From: Waterburya sp. | GTDB lineage: Bacteria > Cyanobacteriota > Cyanobacteriia > Cyanobacteriales > Xenococcaceae | Direction: 5' to 3' | Assembly (NCBI GenBank): GCA_965217895.1 | Contig: CBDCJV010000002.1 | Location: 2,176,001 to 2,240,000 of the forward strand | DNA: 64,000 nt | In this document: one piece after another, positions 38,417 to 48,318 of the stretch | Layout of the letters: every line of letters starts with the position of its first letter | Position numbering within the stretch: position 1 is the stretch's first letter | Notes under the pieces: generated by a model | Databases searched by the model: none | What the model was told of the DNA's origin: nothing | The model's input: only the letters and a program-made list of their open reading frames with translations | Made by a program: the position numbers and the translations under genes

Positions 38417-38620
38417 AAATAGTAAATATAAGATTTTTGAGCTTGATTAAACAAACCAATATTAATCATTCTTATGCTACGAAAAGAAAAACAAGTAATG
38501 GAGAATTGCGATTGCCATCCACAACTAGCAATAATCAAATATAAATTAATTTATTATCTTTTCCTATACACTTTTAAAAGCTTACGGCTTAAAGCTTAAA
38601 GCTACGATCGAAAATCATTT

Positions 38621-39589
38621 ATGAATCTTAAACGCTTTATATCCCTGGTAATTAGCGTCGCTATTTTACTTTATATCTATACTCAAATTGATTTTGCTAA
38701 TCTTTTGAAGGTTTTTCAAAATTGCGATCGCCTGATGTTATTGATTAGTTTAGCAATGGTGATTCCCATTACTTTGATTACCTCATGGAGACTACAGCAG
38801 CTAGTACCACGGCGTACTTTAGGGTTTTTAGAGGCCAATCGTTTGATTTTGGGTGCTAGCGTACTGAATATGATTTTACCCTCAAAGATGGGAGATCTTG
38901 CCAAGTCCTATTTTATGGCTGAACGTTCTAATCTAAGCGGTAGCTTGGCTTTATCTATTTCTATTTTTGAAAAGGCTTGTGACTTACTTTCCCTGCTGCT
39001 GTGGTGCGTTTTTGGCTTAATTTTATATCCTGCCAAAGATAGTTTATTTTGGATCATGACCGCAGGTGTGGCGATCGGCTTAATTATGGGAATATTGCTA
39101 TTAAGCTGGCAACAATTTGCCGAGTTATTTTTCAAATTAGGTATTAGAATTGCCCCCAAGTCTCTCAAAAATAAGCTACAAAAAATGCAGGCTGCTTGGG
39201 GAGAAATGCACAGTTATTTTTGGCATAATAAGCAACAGCTATTGCTAGTTACCAGCACTTCTATTTTTATCTGGTTTTTGCACTTATTACAAATTTGGCT
39301 ATTTATCTTAGCTCTCAAAGCCTTCACTCCTTTTATTATTAGTTTGGCTCTTTCTCCTCTAGCAATCCTGGCAGGATTGCTACCCTTAACTTTTGCAGGA
39401 ATTGGCACTCGCGATGCAGCCATAATTTATTTTTACCAAGACTACTTTAGTCAAGCAACAGGGGCAGCATTAGGCTTGCTGTGTACCTCTCGCTACTTTA
39501 TTCCCGCTTTGATTGGACTCCCTTTTTTGGGGCAAATGCTGGGAGCGGTCAATCAGAAAGTTAAGGATAATTATACTAAATCCGATTGA
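38621..39589 (+). CDS. UPF0104 / LPG-synthase TM-region flippase-like protein
   Basis: LNMILPSKMGD, FEKACDL, PLTFAGIGTRD. Confidence 0.85.
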   Translation: MNLKRFISLVISVAILLYIYTQIDFANLLKVFQNCDRLMLLISLAMVIPITLITSWRLQQLVPRRTLGFLEANRLILGASVLNMILPSKMGDLAKSYFMAERSNLSGSLALSISIFEKACDLLSLLLWCVFGLILYPAKDSLFWIMTAGVAIGLIMGILLLSWQQFAELFFKLGIRIAPKSLKNKLQKMQAAWGEMHSYFWHNKQQLLLVTSTSIFIWFLHLLQIWLFILALKAFTPFIISLALSPLAILAGLLPLTFAGIGTRDAAIIYFYQDYFSQATGAALGLLCTSRYFIPALIGLPFLGQMLGAVNQKVKDNYTKSD

Positions 39590-39787
39590 CCAAGGTAGTT
39601 ATCAACTTCCTGACCTCTGACTTCTAAAATAAATAAGTTATCTATACGAACAAGATTTAGTATAAATTGAGTAATTTTTCATAAAAACCAGAGAATTATT
39701 TATTTCTACCCAAGGTCTAACACGACAAAATGTTATGTTTAACATTAAGTTAAATTACGACCAAGATATTGTTAAAATTCCCTCAGC

Positions 39788-40774
39788 TTGAATAAAAATA
39801 GTTTACTAATCCCAGATAACCAAACCGAACAGATTTCTGCCAAGGATCTGTCTTCTAGGGAAAAAATAATTGCTAGTAGCATAAGCCTAGGAATTTTATT
39901 TATAGCGATAGTTGCTTTGGCTTTTTCGCCTATATTTACCAAACTCAGCGAAATAGAATTTCTCACCCCAACGACAATTGTTTTCAATCGCCTGTGGATT
40001 GCAACTATTATTATTAGTTGTTGGCAACTTATTAAGACTCCTTCAGAATTTAAGCAGATCCAATCTCTAGACAATATTCCCAATTACAAAGAACAAGGTT
40101 TGCTGATCCTAGCTAGCGTTGCGGCTACAGTTTCATCTTTGTTGTGGGCAGTATCTTTAACTCAGACAAGCGTTGCTAGTTCTACAGTTTTGCGAAGTCT
40201 AACACCTGTATTTATCAGTTTAGGTGCATGGCTCATCTTAAAACAACAGTTTAGCCGTCAGTTTGTTACGGGTATGGCAATATCCATAGCTGGTGGAATG
40301 ATAATTGGCTGGGATGATTTGCACTTAGGGACAGAGTATTTATCTGGTGACAGCATGGCATTACTGTCGGCTGCACTGCACGGAGTAAACTTACTTACGG
40401 TGGGCTATTTACGCGATCGCGACTGTAACACGACTAAAGTACTATTTTGGCGATGTGGTTTTGGTACTTTAATTATTTTGCCTGTACTTTTCTTAACGGA
40501 TACCCCAATGTTTCCAGTATCAATTCAAGGCTGGTCAACAGTTATTGCCCTGGCGGTTATTTGTCAGACTTTTGGACAAGGTTTGTTGATTTATAGTTTA
40601 AAGCAATTCTCTTCAAGCTTTGTAGGCATATTTACTTTACTCAAGCCAATAATTACTGCCTTTCTTGCCTGGGTGATTTTTGCCGAAAATTTAAATATGA
40701 CTAGCTGTATTGCCGTAATTTTAATTTTATGGGGCATTCATCTCGCAAAATCGAGCAACTCAGCCGTAAACTAA
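39788..40774 (+). CDS. DMT/EamA family transporter
   Basis: Ten TM helices in two EamA repeats (TSVASS..L..LTPVF; GDSMAL). Confidence 0.88.
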   Translation: MNKNSLLIPDNQTEQISAKDLSSREKIIASSISLGILFIAIVALAFSPIFTKLSEIEFLTPTTIVFNRLWIATIIISCWQLIKTPSEFKQIQSLDNIPNYKEQGLLILASVAATVSSLLWAVSLTQTSVASSTVLRSLTPVFISLGAWLILKQQFSRQFVTGMAISIAGGMIIGWDDLHLGTEYLSGDSMALLSAALHGVNLLTVGYLRDRDCNTTKVLFWRCGFGTLIILPVLFLTDTPMFPVSIQGWSTVIALAVICQTFGQGLLIYSLKQFSSSFVGIFTLLKPIITAFLAWVIFAENLNMTSCIAVILILWGIHLAKSSNSAVN

Positions 40775-40789
40775 AATCCAAAAGCTTTT

Positions 40790-41662
40790 TTAATCAATTT
40801 GTGAATGTTTACGTGGTCGTATTTTTGAACCATACATCCGAGTATAAACATGGGTGAACTCTGCCCCAAATAAAATAATTTGAGCAGAATAGTATACCCA
40901 TGCCAAAAAGACAATCAGCGAACCTGCTGCACCATAGGCTGAACCCAAGCTGCCTTTACTAAGATACAAACCCAGCAAATACTTGCCAAACAGAAATAGC
41001 AGTGCCGTAATTATTGAGCCGATCAAAACATCTTTCCAAGCAATTTTTACATCGGGAACATATTTAAACATCAGGCAAAATAAAAAGGTAATCAGCCCAA
41101 AAGAGACGATGAAGTCTAGGTTTTCCCAGAGAATCGCTGAACCAGGCAGAAAATCTGTTCGGTAACGGCTTAGAGTAGCAACAACAGCACTTAATATTAA
41201 AGATAAAATCAGTAAAACTCCGATCGCCAACACCATTAGAAATGATGATAAACGTTTGCGTAGAAACGGCATAATTCCTTGTCCTGGTTGGGGTTTTACT
41301 TTCCAAACTGTATTGAGGGCATCCTGTAGCTGGGCAAAAATACCTGATGCACCGATTATTAATACTCCAATGCTAATTAAAGAAGCAAACCCCCTAATTT
41401 TAGGCTGGCTGATGTTGTTGAGTGCTTGCAAAATCGGTTTAACTCCATCCTGCCCTACCAAAGCAACTAGCTGATCGGTAATTTTTGTTTGAGCCGTCTG
41501 ATCCCCAAAAATTGTCCCCGCAATGGCGATCGCAATTACTAGTAAAGGTGAGATTGAAAAGACGGTGTAATATGCCAAGGCTGCTGCAATCAAAGGTGCT
41601 TTATCTGCTTGCCATTCTTTAAAGGTTTCTTGAAGCAATCGCCCGATTTTACGTAAATTCAT
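40790..41662 (-). CDS. YihY/virulence factor BrkB family protein
   Basis: AAALAYYTVFS, LQDALNTVW, YGAAGSL, YYSAQIILFGAE. Confidence 0.92.
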   Translation of the reverse strand: MNLRKIGRLLQETFKEWQADKAPLIAAALAYYTVFSISPLLVIAIAIAGTIFGDQTAQTKITDQLVALVGQDGVKPILQALNNISQPKIRGFASLISIGVLIIGASGIFAQLQDALNTVWKVKPQPGQGIMPFLRKRLSSFLMVLAIGVLLILSLILSAVVATLSRYRTDFLPGSAILWENLDFIVSFGLITFLFCLMFKYVPDVKIAWKDVLIGSIITALLFLFGKYLLGLYLSKGSLGSAYGAAGSLIVFLAWVYYSAQIILFGAEFTHVYTRMYGSKIRPRKHSQID

Positions 41663-41841
41663 TGATTTTAGGTTTCATTTACCAAAAGTTTTTACTGCCC
41701 TTAAATTGAGCATTTTGTAAAGAATGTATCATCGCGCATCTAGTTTTTATCAAGACTTGGCTAATTTGGGATGAGTATTATCTCTTAGGCAAAAATACGT
41801 AATAGCATATATGTTTACCAAAAATTTCAAAAAGCTATTTC

Positions 41842-42630
41842 GTGATGAAATTACCTAATTTATTAAAAACTTTTACTCTTGGTGCTTCATTATCTATGCT
41901 TTCGCCAGCTACAGTTACTAGCTGCCAAACTAGCAAAGATTCGCCAGTTAGTCATCAAGAATCTTTAGTCGCCACAGATAATCTAGATTTTCTTTACAGT
42001 CAAGCAATCAAGCATCAACTTGTTGATTCAAAAATTATTACTCAGTTTGCTCCCAAAAACAGTCAAGGAAACAACATAAAACTCAATCAATTAGCGATCG
42101 CTCTAGGCTACGATCATTTTAATTGGGTAAGTTATGTAGAAAAGGATCCTTATGGCATACGGGATAATCAAGGACAACCCTTGACTACTCCCTATAATGA
42201 CCCACCAATAGGAGGTTATCAATACGACGGGGCAGACAAACTTCCTTTCTATTGGGATTTAGTCAAATGCAATCTTTGTCAACAACGCTATTACTTCCAA
42301 GAGCCAAATAACTCTGGAGAATTTGCCATAACCTTTCAAGACTCTCCCACCGATTATCGCCTCAAACCAGGGGAAGCAGTTGAGTTTATTACCAACTTAG
42401 TAGGGGTCAAAAATTATAATCTACAACAACAGACAGCAGAATGGGAAGTTCTTTATACTTTTCGTTGGCAGCTAACCAATACTCGTCGTAACTACAGCCA
42501 GGTTTCTCTGATTGATACTAATGTTAATTTGAGCGATATAGCTCCTTCTCTCTTAACAAGAATGCAGCAAGATGGAGCAATATTTCCTGCCTCTGGTTCG
42601 GTAGCCAACTTTACGCCCGATCTAAATTAG
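41842..42630 (+). CDS. Hypothetical secreted protein or lipoprotein
   Basis: Signal-like N-terminus ending VTSC; FNWVS, DPPIGGY, PFYWD motifs. Confidence 0.6.
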   Translation: MMKLPNLLKTFTLGASLSMLSPATVTSCQTSKDSPVSHQESLVATDNLDFLYSQAIKHQLVDSKIITQFAPKNSQGNNIKLNQLAIALGYDHFNWVSYVEKDPYGIRDNQGQPLTTPYNDPPIGGYQYDGADKLPFYWDLVKCNLCQQRYYFQEPNNSGEFAITFQDSPTDYRLKPGEAVEFITNLVGVKNYNLQQQTAEWEVLYTFRWQLTNTRRNYSQVSLIDTNVNLSDIAPSLLTRMQQDGAIFPASGSVANFTPDLN

Positions 42631-42747
42631 CGGTGAGAAATTACGTCTTAACAATCTTGAGCATTACTACATTCTTTACTTCAGCACAGTATCGTTTTAT
42701 TTAACTTGAAATCCCGATTTTATCTAACTTTTTATTTATACTAAGTA

Positions 42748-43212
42748 CTACTTAGGAATTTCGACAAATTCAAACACGTCATGACTTCCACCTCTGAGGA
42801 CTGATTCAGTGTGTTTGCCTCTGAGACTCTTTTTCTGAGATTGTTCTACTGCTCCCCATACTGCTCCTAAAGTATAGGTGCATTTACGCTTAGAACCTTG
42901 AGGTTCACCAGCAGAACATATTGTCTCTCTTGTATAAACTCTAATTACATCATTAGCTTGGTCAATTTTATCGATCAGGCAAAGGCGAGTTCCATTTTTG
43001 CCTAAAATGCTGTTAAGCTTATTGCCTAAATCTTCTAAGGACAAATTACTTTCTGATAAACGCAGCTCGTTAGCAAGCTTTTTACCTCTAGCTCTACCAG
43101 CAGCGATAAGGGCGATCGCTGTAGCTCTTTCTCCTAAAGAGTCTTCCATACCCGTAATTAGAGCCTTGAAGCAGACAATACTGTTAAAATCTCCTAAAGA
43201 TTCGCGAATCAT
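42748..43212 (-). CDS. V4R domain protein
   Basis: ETICSAGE...CTYTLGAVWG...HTESVLRG...FEF. Confidence 0.75.
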   Translation of the reverse strand: MIRESLGDFNSIVCFKALITGMEDSLGERATAIALIAAGRARGKKLANELRLSESNLSLEDLGNKLNSILGKNGTRLCLIDKIDQANDVIRVYTRETICSAGEPQGSKRKCTYTLGAVWGAVEQSQKKSLRGKHTESVLRGGSHDVFEFVEIPK

Positions 43213-43280
43213 CAGCTTTTTCCTGCTTGAGCTAAAGTTTATAGTTTAAATTTAATTACAGTTTGATTTGTTTGAGAAAG

Positions 43281-43772
43281 CTATGCAGCCAGTAAAGGTT
43301 TAATATCTGCAATCAAACGCTTAATTACGAGGAATACTAAACCCTGCTTTGCTTCTTTACTTGCCAAAACTATCAGCATGGCTTCATCTCCGCAACCACT
43401 TAAAATGCTGTAGCCTGTTTTTCCTTCCACCGTGACCCTTTCAACAACGCCTCGCGTAAGTTCTTGACCTATTTTTTCACCGAGGGAAAGCATCGCCGCG
43501 GACATTGCTGCTGTTCGCTCTTCATCAAAACTGCTGGGTAATACAGAAGTTAGTGGTAAGCCATCAAGAGTTACCAAAGCTGCTCCTTGGAGATCGGGAG
43601 TGCTGCTAACAAATTTTTCGAGCAGCTCTTTAAGCAGGGAAATTTGAAACATAGTAAGTTTTTCTATAGATGGTATTATCGAGTCTGAATTAGGTTCAGG
43701 CAAATCTACTCCAGAGTCTGACCTAAACAGACTGGCGATCTGACTGACAATCGACTTAAAGGGGTCTAACAA
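43281..43772 (-). CDS. Roadblock/LC7 (MglB-like) protein; alternative start at 43652
   Basis: GAALVTLDGLPL, EERTAAMSAAMLSLGE, VTVEG, KQGLVFL. Confidence 0.9.
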   Translation of the reverse strand: MLDPFKSIVSQIASLFRSDSGVDLPEPNSDSIIPSIEKLTMFQISLLKELLEKFVSSTPDLQGAALVTLDGLPLTSVLPSSFDEERTAAMSAAMLSLGEKIGQELTRGVVERVTVEGKTGYSILSGCGDEAMLIVLASKEAKQGLVFLVIKRLIADIKPLLAA

Positions 43773-44010
43773 TGCACGTATATTTTTCTTTGATAGTGAA
43801 TTATTATCAGCGATTTAAGTACAGTAGCATAATTGCAGTTTTCAAAGTTACCTTTAATAATATTAATTATGATATTAAGATAATACAATTTCTTGAATAA
43901 TACATACAAAAAGAATTTAAAAAGAAAATTTATCGAATTTGTAAAGCAGGAAGCTTAAGTTTTAAAGTTTTGGACTGAGGGCGTGTAATTATTGGAAGGG
44001 AAGAATGCTT

Positions 44011-44556
44011 TTAGGCAAGATTAGAGGGTAAAGACATCAATTCTTCTAATAATACTATTAAGCATTGAACAACCGATTGAGAGTTATCAGCATTTACATT
44101 AACTATTGCGGGTCTATTTAACTGCTCAATTAACCCTAAAGCTAAAGCTATATCTTCAGATTCCCAAGCTCCTTTACAGTCTGTATGAGTCAGACCGATA
44201 ATCATGGGAATTTGCGCTCTCTGCTGCATAAAATTGAAGATCTTACGCGCAGCATGAAAATTTTCGGGACGATGAGCATCAACCAAAAGAATATAAGCCT
44301 GAACCTGATCGATGAGAATTTCCCACATAAAATCAAAGCGAAACTGTCCTGGTGTTCCATAAAGATATAAAACTTGTCCAGAATCTAAAGTTAGACGACC
44401 AAAATCAAAAGCTACGGTTGTAGTAGATTTGAGTAAAGAAGTTTCATCAGTAGCATGACGATCGGTGTCAACTACATCTATTTCGCTGATAGTACGAACA
44501 AAGCTGGTCTTGCCCGCGCCAACAGGTCCAGTTAGAGCAATTTGTAATCTTTCCAT
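44011..44556 (-). CDS. Small GTPase, MglA/CvnD-like
   Basis: G1 GPVGAGKT, G2 TTTVAFDFG, G3 GTPGQ.RF, variant G4 THTD. Confidence 0.9.
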   Translation of the reverse strand: MERLQIALTGPVGAGKTSFVRTISEIDVVDTDRHATDETSLLKSTTTVAFDFGRLTLDSGQVLYLYGTPGQFRFDFMWEILIDQVQAYILLVDAHRPENFHAARKIFNFMQQRAQIPMIIGLTHTDCKGAWESEDIALALGLIEQLNRPAIVNVNADNSQSVVQCLIVLLEELMSLPSNLA

Positions 44557-45537
44557 CTACAATTTACTCCTTAAAAAATTAACTAGTTTTTTTAGCAATG
44601 CTTGACTTAATTTGGGTTTTTCGGGTTGAGGTATTTCTCTCTTGGCGGGGAGAAGAGTTTTGGGCGTATTAATTTCGGTGTTATTTTGAACAGCGATCGC
44701 CAGTTCACTGATGCTAGTGCCTGAAGGAGCGAGGCGAGCGATCGCCGAAGAAGATCCTATGCGGGGAGCAGGCTTAAAGTTTGCCAGAGGAATTTCTTCG
44801 ACCAATCTTGCCATCATCAAGCAGAAAGTGGCTTTACGAATTTCTAATAACGATATATTTTTTGATTGTGCCAATTGTTCGAGAGACATATTACCCAGAG
44901 CCATCTGCCAAATTTCTTGTTCTAAACCTGTTAAGCGAAATTTTGGTTGATGAATCAACTGTTGCAGAGCCGAATTTTTCTCAGGCAGCTTTTGGGCAAA
45001 ACTATTCCAGTTTCTTACTATGCGTAAAGCTAATAAATTTACCTGAGATGCTTGCATACTAACTCCTGTCATATCCAGCCAAGGTATAGAGGCTGAACTG
45101 AGCTTTTGCGGTGGAATTATTTTTAGCTGAAATTGACCAGAATTGAGATTGAACAATTGATAAACTTGATGTAGCTGTAGCTGAAAAAGTAGTTTAAGTT
45201 TTTCTTTCTCTAATACTTTCATTTGGCAAAGATAGTTACCAAAAGGAACTCCGAAAGGACATATCTCCGAGAGCTTTTCAATTACGCGACTACTAAGCCA
45301 GCCTCGACTTTCAATGAGTGATACTAAAGGTTGATGATTCAAGCTATTATCAACTATAGTAATTAGCCTACCTTTATGAAACCAAAGATGATAGGTTGTA
45401 GATTGATAATCATCAAAATTACGAGATGGATGATTTAGAGGTAGTTGAATAATTAACTTTCCTGTTTTTGCGCCAGAATCAATTAATCGAAATAGTTCGG
45501 GCAGAGAAAAAGTTTCTAAAGAACCAGTCATGCTCAT
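44557..45537 (-). CDS. DUF4388 (PatA-N-like) domain protein
   Basis: MTGSLETFSLPELFRLI...KTGKL and WFHKGRL; C-terminal wHTH-like segment; abuts the GTPase gene. Confidence 0.85.
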   Translation of the reverse strand: MSMTGSLETFSLPELFRLIDSGAKTGKLIIQLPLNHPSRNFDDYQSTTYHLWFHKGRLITIVDNSLNHQPLVSLIESRGWLSSRVIEKLSEICPFGVPFGNYLCQMKVLEKEKLKLLFQLQLHQVYQLFNLNSGQFQLKIIPPQKLSSASIPWLDMTGVSMQASQVNLLALRIVRNWNSFAQKLPEKNSALQQLIHQPKFRLTGLEQEIWQMALGNMSLEQLAQSKNISLLEIRKATFCLMMARLVEEIPLANFKPAPRIGSSSAIARLAPSGTSISELAIAVQNNTEINTPKTLLPAKREIPQPEKPKLSQALLKKLVNFLRSKL

Positions 45538-45728
45538 TTGATGTAGTCTCCGAACTATTTGGCACCGTGTATAACTTGTTTACTATACGTCGCTGCGACC
45601 AATTTATGCTTGTTTTGAGTATATATACTTGAAGACTTTTTGTAAATTGCTTATTTTGAATGAATAATATAGGCAGTTTTTAAACAAAAATATTGTCCAT
45701 ATAAGTTTAAGCAATTAAATATTCCGCC

Positions 45729-45766
45729 CTAATTATTCAACTGATATTACGCAGTTGAATAATTAG
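45729..45766. terminator. Hairpin or terminator downstream of the flv gene
   Basis: Perfect 15-bp stem ctaattattcaactg/cagttgaataattag. Confidence 0.7.
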
Positions 45767-45778
45767 AATCAACAAAAT

Positions 45779-47506
45779 TTAGTAATGATTGCCTACTTTG
45801 CGATGATGGACTGCGGTTAAACCGTCGGGGTTGGAAACTCGACCGAGATCGACGTGACTATAAACAATCCAGTGGTCGTTACATTCCATCCGACTAGACA
45901 CTTTACATTCTAGATACGCTAAAGCGTCTGTCAATATCGGTGAACCATTGGCTGCGGTTTGAGTTTTGATTCCTGCAAAACGATCTGCACCTGGCTTAAA
46001 TCGTTTGAGAAAATGCTTCATCAATGGCTGATATTTGCCTTCTTCGAGGATGTTTAAGACAAAGCGATCGCCTACCTGCATCAAGGACTCAATTGCCCGA
46101 TCTTTGGCGACGGCGATCGTTAATCCAGGTGGTTCAAAGCTAGCTTGAGATACCCAAGAAGCAAGCATGGCACTGTTGACATCTCCTTTAGTTGCAGTAA
46201 TGATGTAAAGCCCACCGCTTAAACGACCAATTGCTTTATCTAAATTAGTATCAAGGGCTTTCATCTGCTGAATCAGTTCTTTGCGGGTTAGAAGCTGTCC
46301 TAAATCTGTTCCCGACTCTTCACATAGCTGATAGTCAGCCTCAGTAGGAGTATCCTTGAGTTTAATTACGGGGAAAGCAGGTTTTAAGCCTGCTTCACGG
46401 AACTTGGTTAACATCGGGTCGATGGGTTCGTCATCGTCACCATAGGCTTCAAACATACCAACTAGCTGCTTTTCTGTGGCTGCTGCTAAGACTGTTCCTA
46501 AGTTAGTCGTAATCTCTGCTTGATTTTTGCTATTTAAGGGAGGCATTCCTAGAACAATACCTACGGAACGATTAACTATCTCCTGAACTTCGGTGTTATC
46601 AGCCGATCGCAAATCGACCATTTCCACTTCTACCCCTGTTTTGGTAATTCCTTTGGCGATCGCTTGACTCAGGCGATCGCTATAGCCATAATCAGCAACA
46701 TAAAATACGGCAACGCTTTTACCTGTCTTAGTTTGTGCCTTACTCCAGGTTCGATAACGGTCTAATAGTTCCTGAAGGTTATGACGCAATAGAGGACCAT
46801 GACCGTTAGCAACGATCTTAATTTCACCTAGCTTGTCCATGCGCTTCATCGCCGAAAGCACAGAACGGGCATTGGGACCCATCAGACAATCATAGTAAAA
46901 GCGATAGTCTTTGGCGATCGCCTTTAAGTTTTCGTCATAGGTAGCATCATCACAGTAGTGCATCCCAAAAGCATCGCAGGTAAACAAGATACCTGTCTTA
47001 TGGTCGTAGCTAAAGATAGTGTCGGGCCAGTGTAGGTTGGGCGCATTAACAAACTCGATTACATGACCTTGACCTAAATCAATCGTCTCACCGTTTTTAA
47101 TTATTTGCTGCTTGAAAGGTTGATGAACTAAATCTTCTAAGAACTTAATTGCCATCTTCGATGCCACAACTGTTGCTTGGGGTGCAAGTTCTAAAAAGTC
47201 TTTTACTAGTCCACTATGATCGGGTTCAGTGTGACTAACAATTAGATAATCAATCTCTGTTGGCTCGATTAAACCTTTTAATGTGTCTAGATATAGCTGA
47301 CGAAACTTAGCGTGGGAAGTATCAACTAAGGCAGTCTTGTCGCCACGAATTAAATAAGAATTATAGGTTGTACCATTTTGTAAACCGAATTCAATGTCAA
47401 AGCGATCGCGATCCCAGTCTAGAGAACGAATTGCTGTAGTATCAGCAGTTATTGCAGCCGTTTGAATAGTTAACCTTGCTTGGGTTTTGATTGGTGTTGC
47501 GACCAT
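45779..47506 (-). CDS. flv3: Class C flavodiiron protein (Flv3/Flv4 type)
   Basis: RSLDWDRDRFDIEFGLQNGTTYNS, canonical SHTEPDH, HWPD, flavodoxin and flavin-reductase domains. The flv3 versus flv4 call is tentative. Confidence 0.85.
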   Translation of the reverse strand: MVATPIKTQARLTIQTAAITADTTAIRSLDWDRDRFDIEFGLQNGTTYNSYLIRGDKTALVDTSHAKFRQLYLDTLKGLIEPTEIDYLIVSHTEPDHSGLVKDFLELAPQATVVASKMAIKFLEDLVHQPFKQQIIKNGETIDLGQGHVIEFVNAPNLHWPDTIFSYDHKTGILFTCDAFGMHYCDDATYDENLKAIAKDYRFYYDCLMGPNARSVLSAMKRMDKLGEIKIVANGHGPLLRHNLQELLDRYRTWSKAQTKTGKSVAVFYVADYGYSDRLSQAIAKGITKTGVEVEMVDLRSADNTEVQEIVNRSVGIVLGMPPLNSKNQAEITTNLGTVLAAATEKQLVGMFEAYGDDDEPIDPMLTKFREAGLKPAFPVIKLKDTPTEADYQLCEESGTDLGQLLTRKELIQQMKALDTNLDKAIGRLSGGLYIITATKGDVNSAMLASWVSQASFEPPGLTIAVAKDRAIESLMQVGDRFVLNILEEGKYQPLMKHFLKRFKPGADRFAGIKTQTAANGSPILTDALAYLECKVSSRMECNDHWIVYSHVDLGRVSNPDGLTAVHHRKVGNHY

Positions 47507-47639
47507 AGCCCCTCTTTTAACTTTTATTAAATTTTTTTACTCTCTTTTATTGTGACACGACTTCTAGTTGTGTAATTTTTTAGTTATTTATCAGACTGTT
47601 TGACTTTATTGATAGTTGGTCAACATTTGGGTATAGTTA

Positions 47640-47660
47640 GTTTAGCTAAGTCTAGCTAGA
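47640..47660. promoter_or_regulatory. Putative TA autoregulatory operator
   Basis: Tandem palindromes TTAGCTAA and TCTAGCTAGA about 25 bp before the antitoxin ATG. Confidence 0.5.
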
Positions 47661-47683
47661 TTATTGTCAACCATCATTTTAAT

Positions 47684-47923
47684 ATGAAAATAGCTAATAT
47701 TCATGAAGCTAAATCACAACTATCCAAGCTGATTAAAGCTGCCCTGGCAGGTGAAGAAATTATTATTGCTAAAGCGGGAAAGCCTTTGGTCAAATTAATT
47801 CCCTACCATGAGCAAGCAGAATCAAGAATGCCTGGCGGTTGGGAAGGCAAAGTATTTATGAGTGATGATTTTGATGAAGAACTTCAAGATGATCTTCTAG
47901 CACAATTCACGGGTAAAGAATAA
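47684..47923 (+). CDS. vapB: Phd/YefM-family antitoxin
   Basis: NIHEAKSQLSKLI..A..GEEIIIAKAGKP. Confidence 0.9.
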   Translation: MKIANIHEAKSQLSKLIKAALAGEEIIIAKAGKPLVKLIPYHEQAESRMPGGWEGKVFMSDDFDEELQDDLLAQFTGKE

Positions 47924-47925
47924 TT

Positions 47926-48303
47926 GTGCAATACCTCTTGGATACTCATGCTTTAATTTGGTGGCTAGCTAATGACTCCAATCTTACTCCCCAGGCTAAA
48001 AGAGAAATTGCCAATCCAAGTAATTTAGTTTTTGTTTCTGCTGCTTCAACTTGGGAAATTGCGATTAAAAAGTCTATCGGCAAATTAGAATCGCCAGACG
48101 ATCTGGTACAACAAATCAAAGAGAAAAAATTTAAATCTTTACCGATTAATATTGAAGAAACTTTAATAGTCGAAAAGTTACCTCCCCATCATCAAGATCC
48201 TTTCGACCGTATTTTGATCGCCCAAGCTAAATTATTCAATTTGACTATTATTACTCGCGATCGCAAGTTTAATATTTATGATATTAATTTATTAAAGTGT
48301 TAG
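47926..48303 (+). CDS. vapC: PIN-domain toxin
   Basis: LLDTHALIW, SAASTWEIAIK, HQDPFDRILIAQA, ITRD. Confidence 0.93.
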   Translation: MQYLLDTHALIWWLANDSNLTPQAKREIANPSNLVFVSAASTWEIAIKKSIGKLESPDDLVQQIKEKKFKSLPINIEETLIVEKLPPHHQDPFDRILIAQAKLFNLTIITRDRKFNIYDINLLKC

Positions 48304-48318
48304 ATAAATCTTTGGAGG

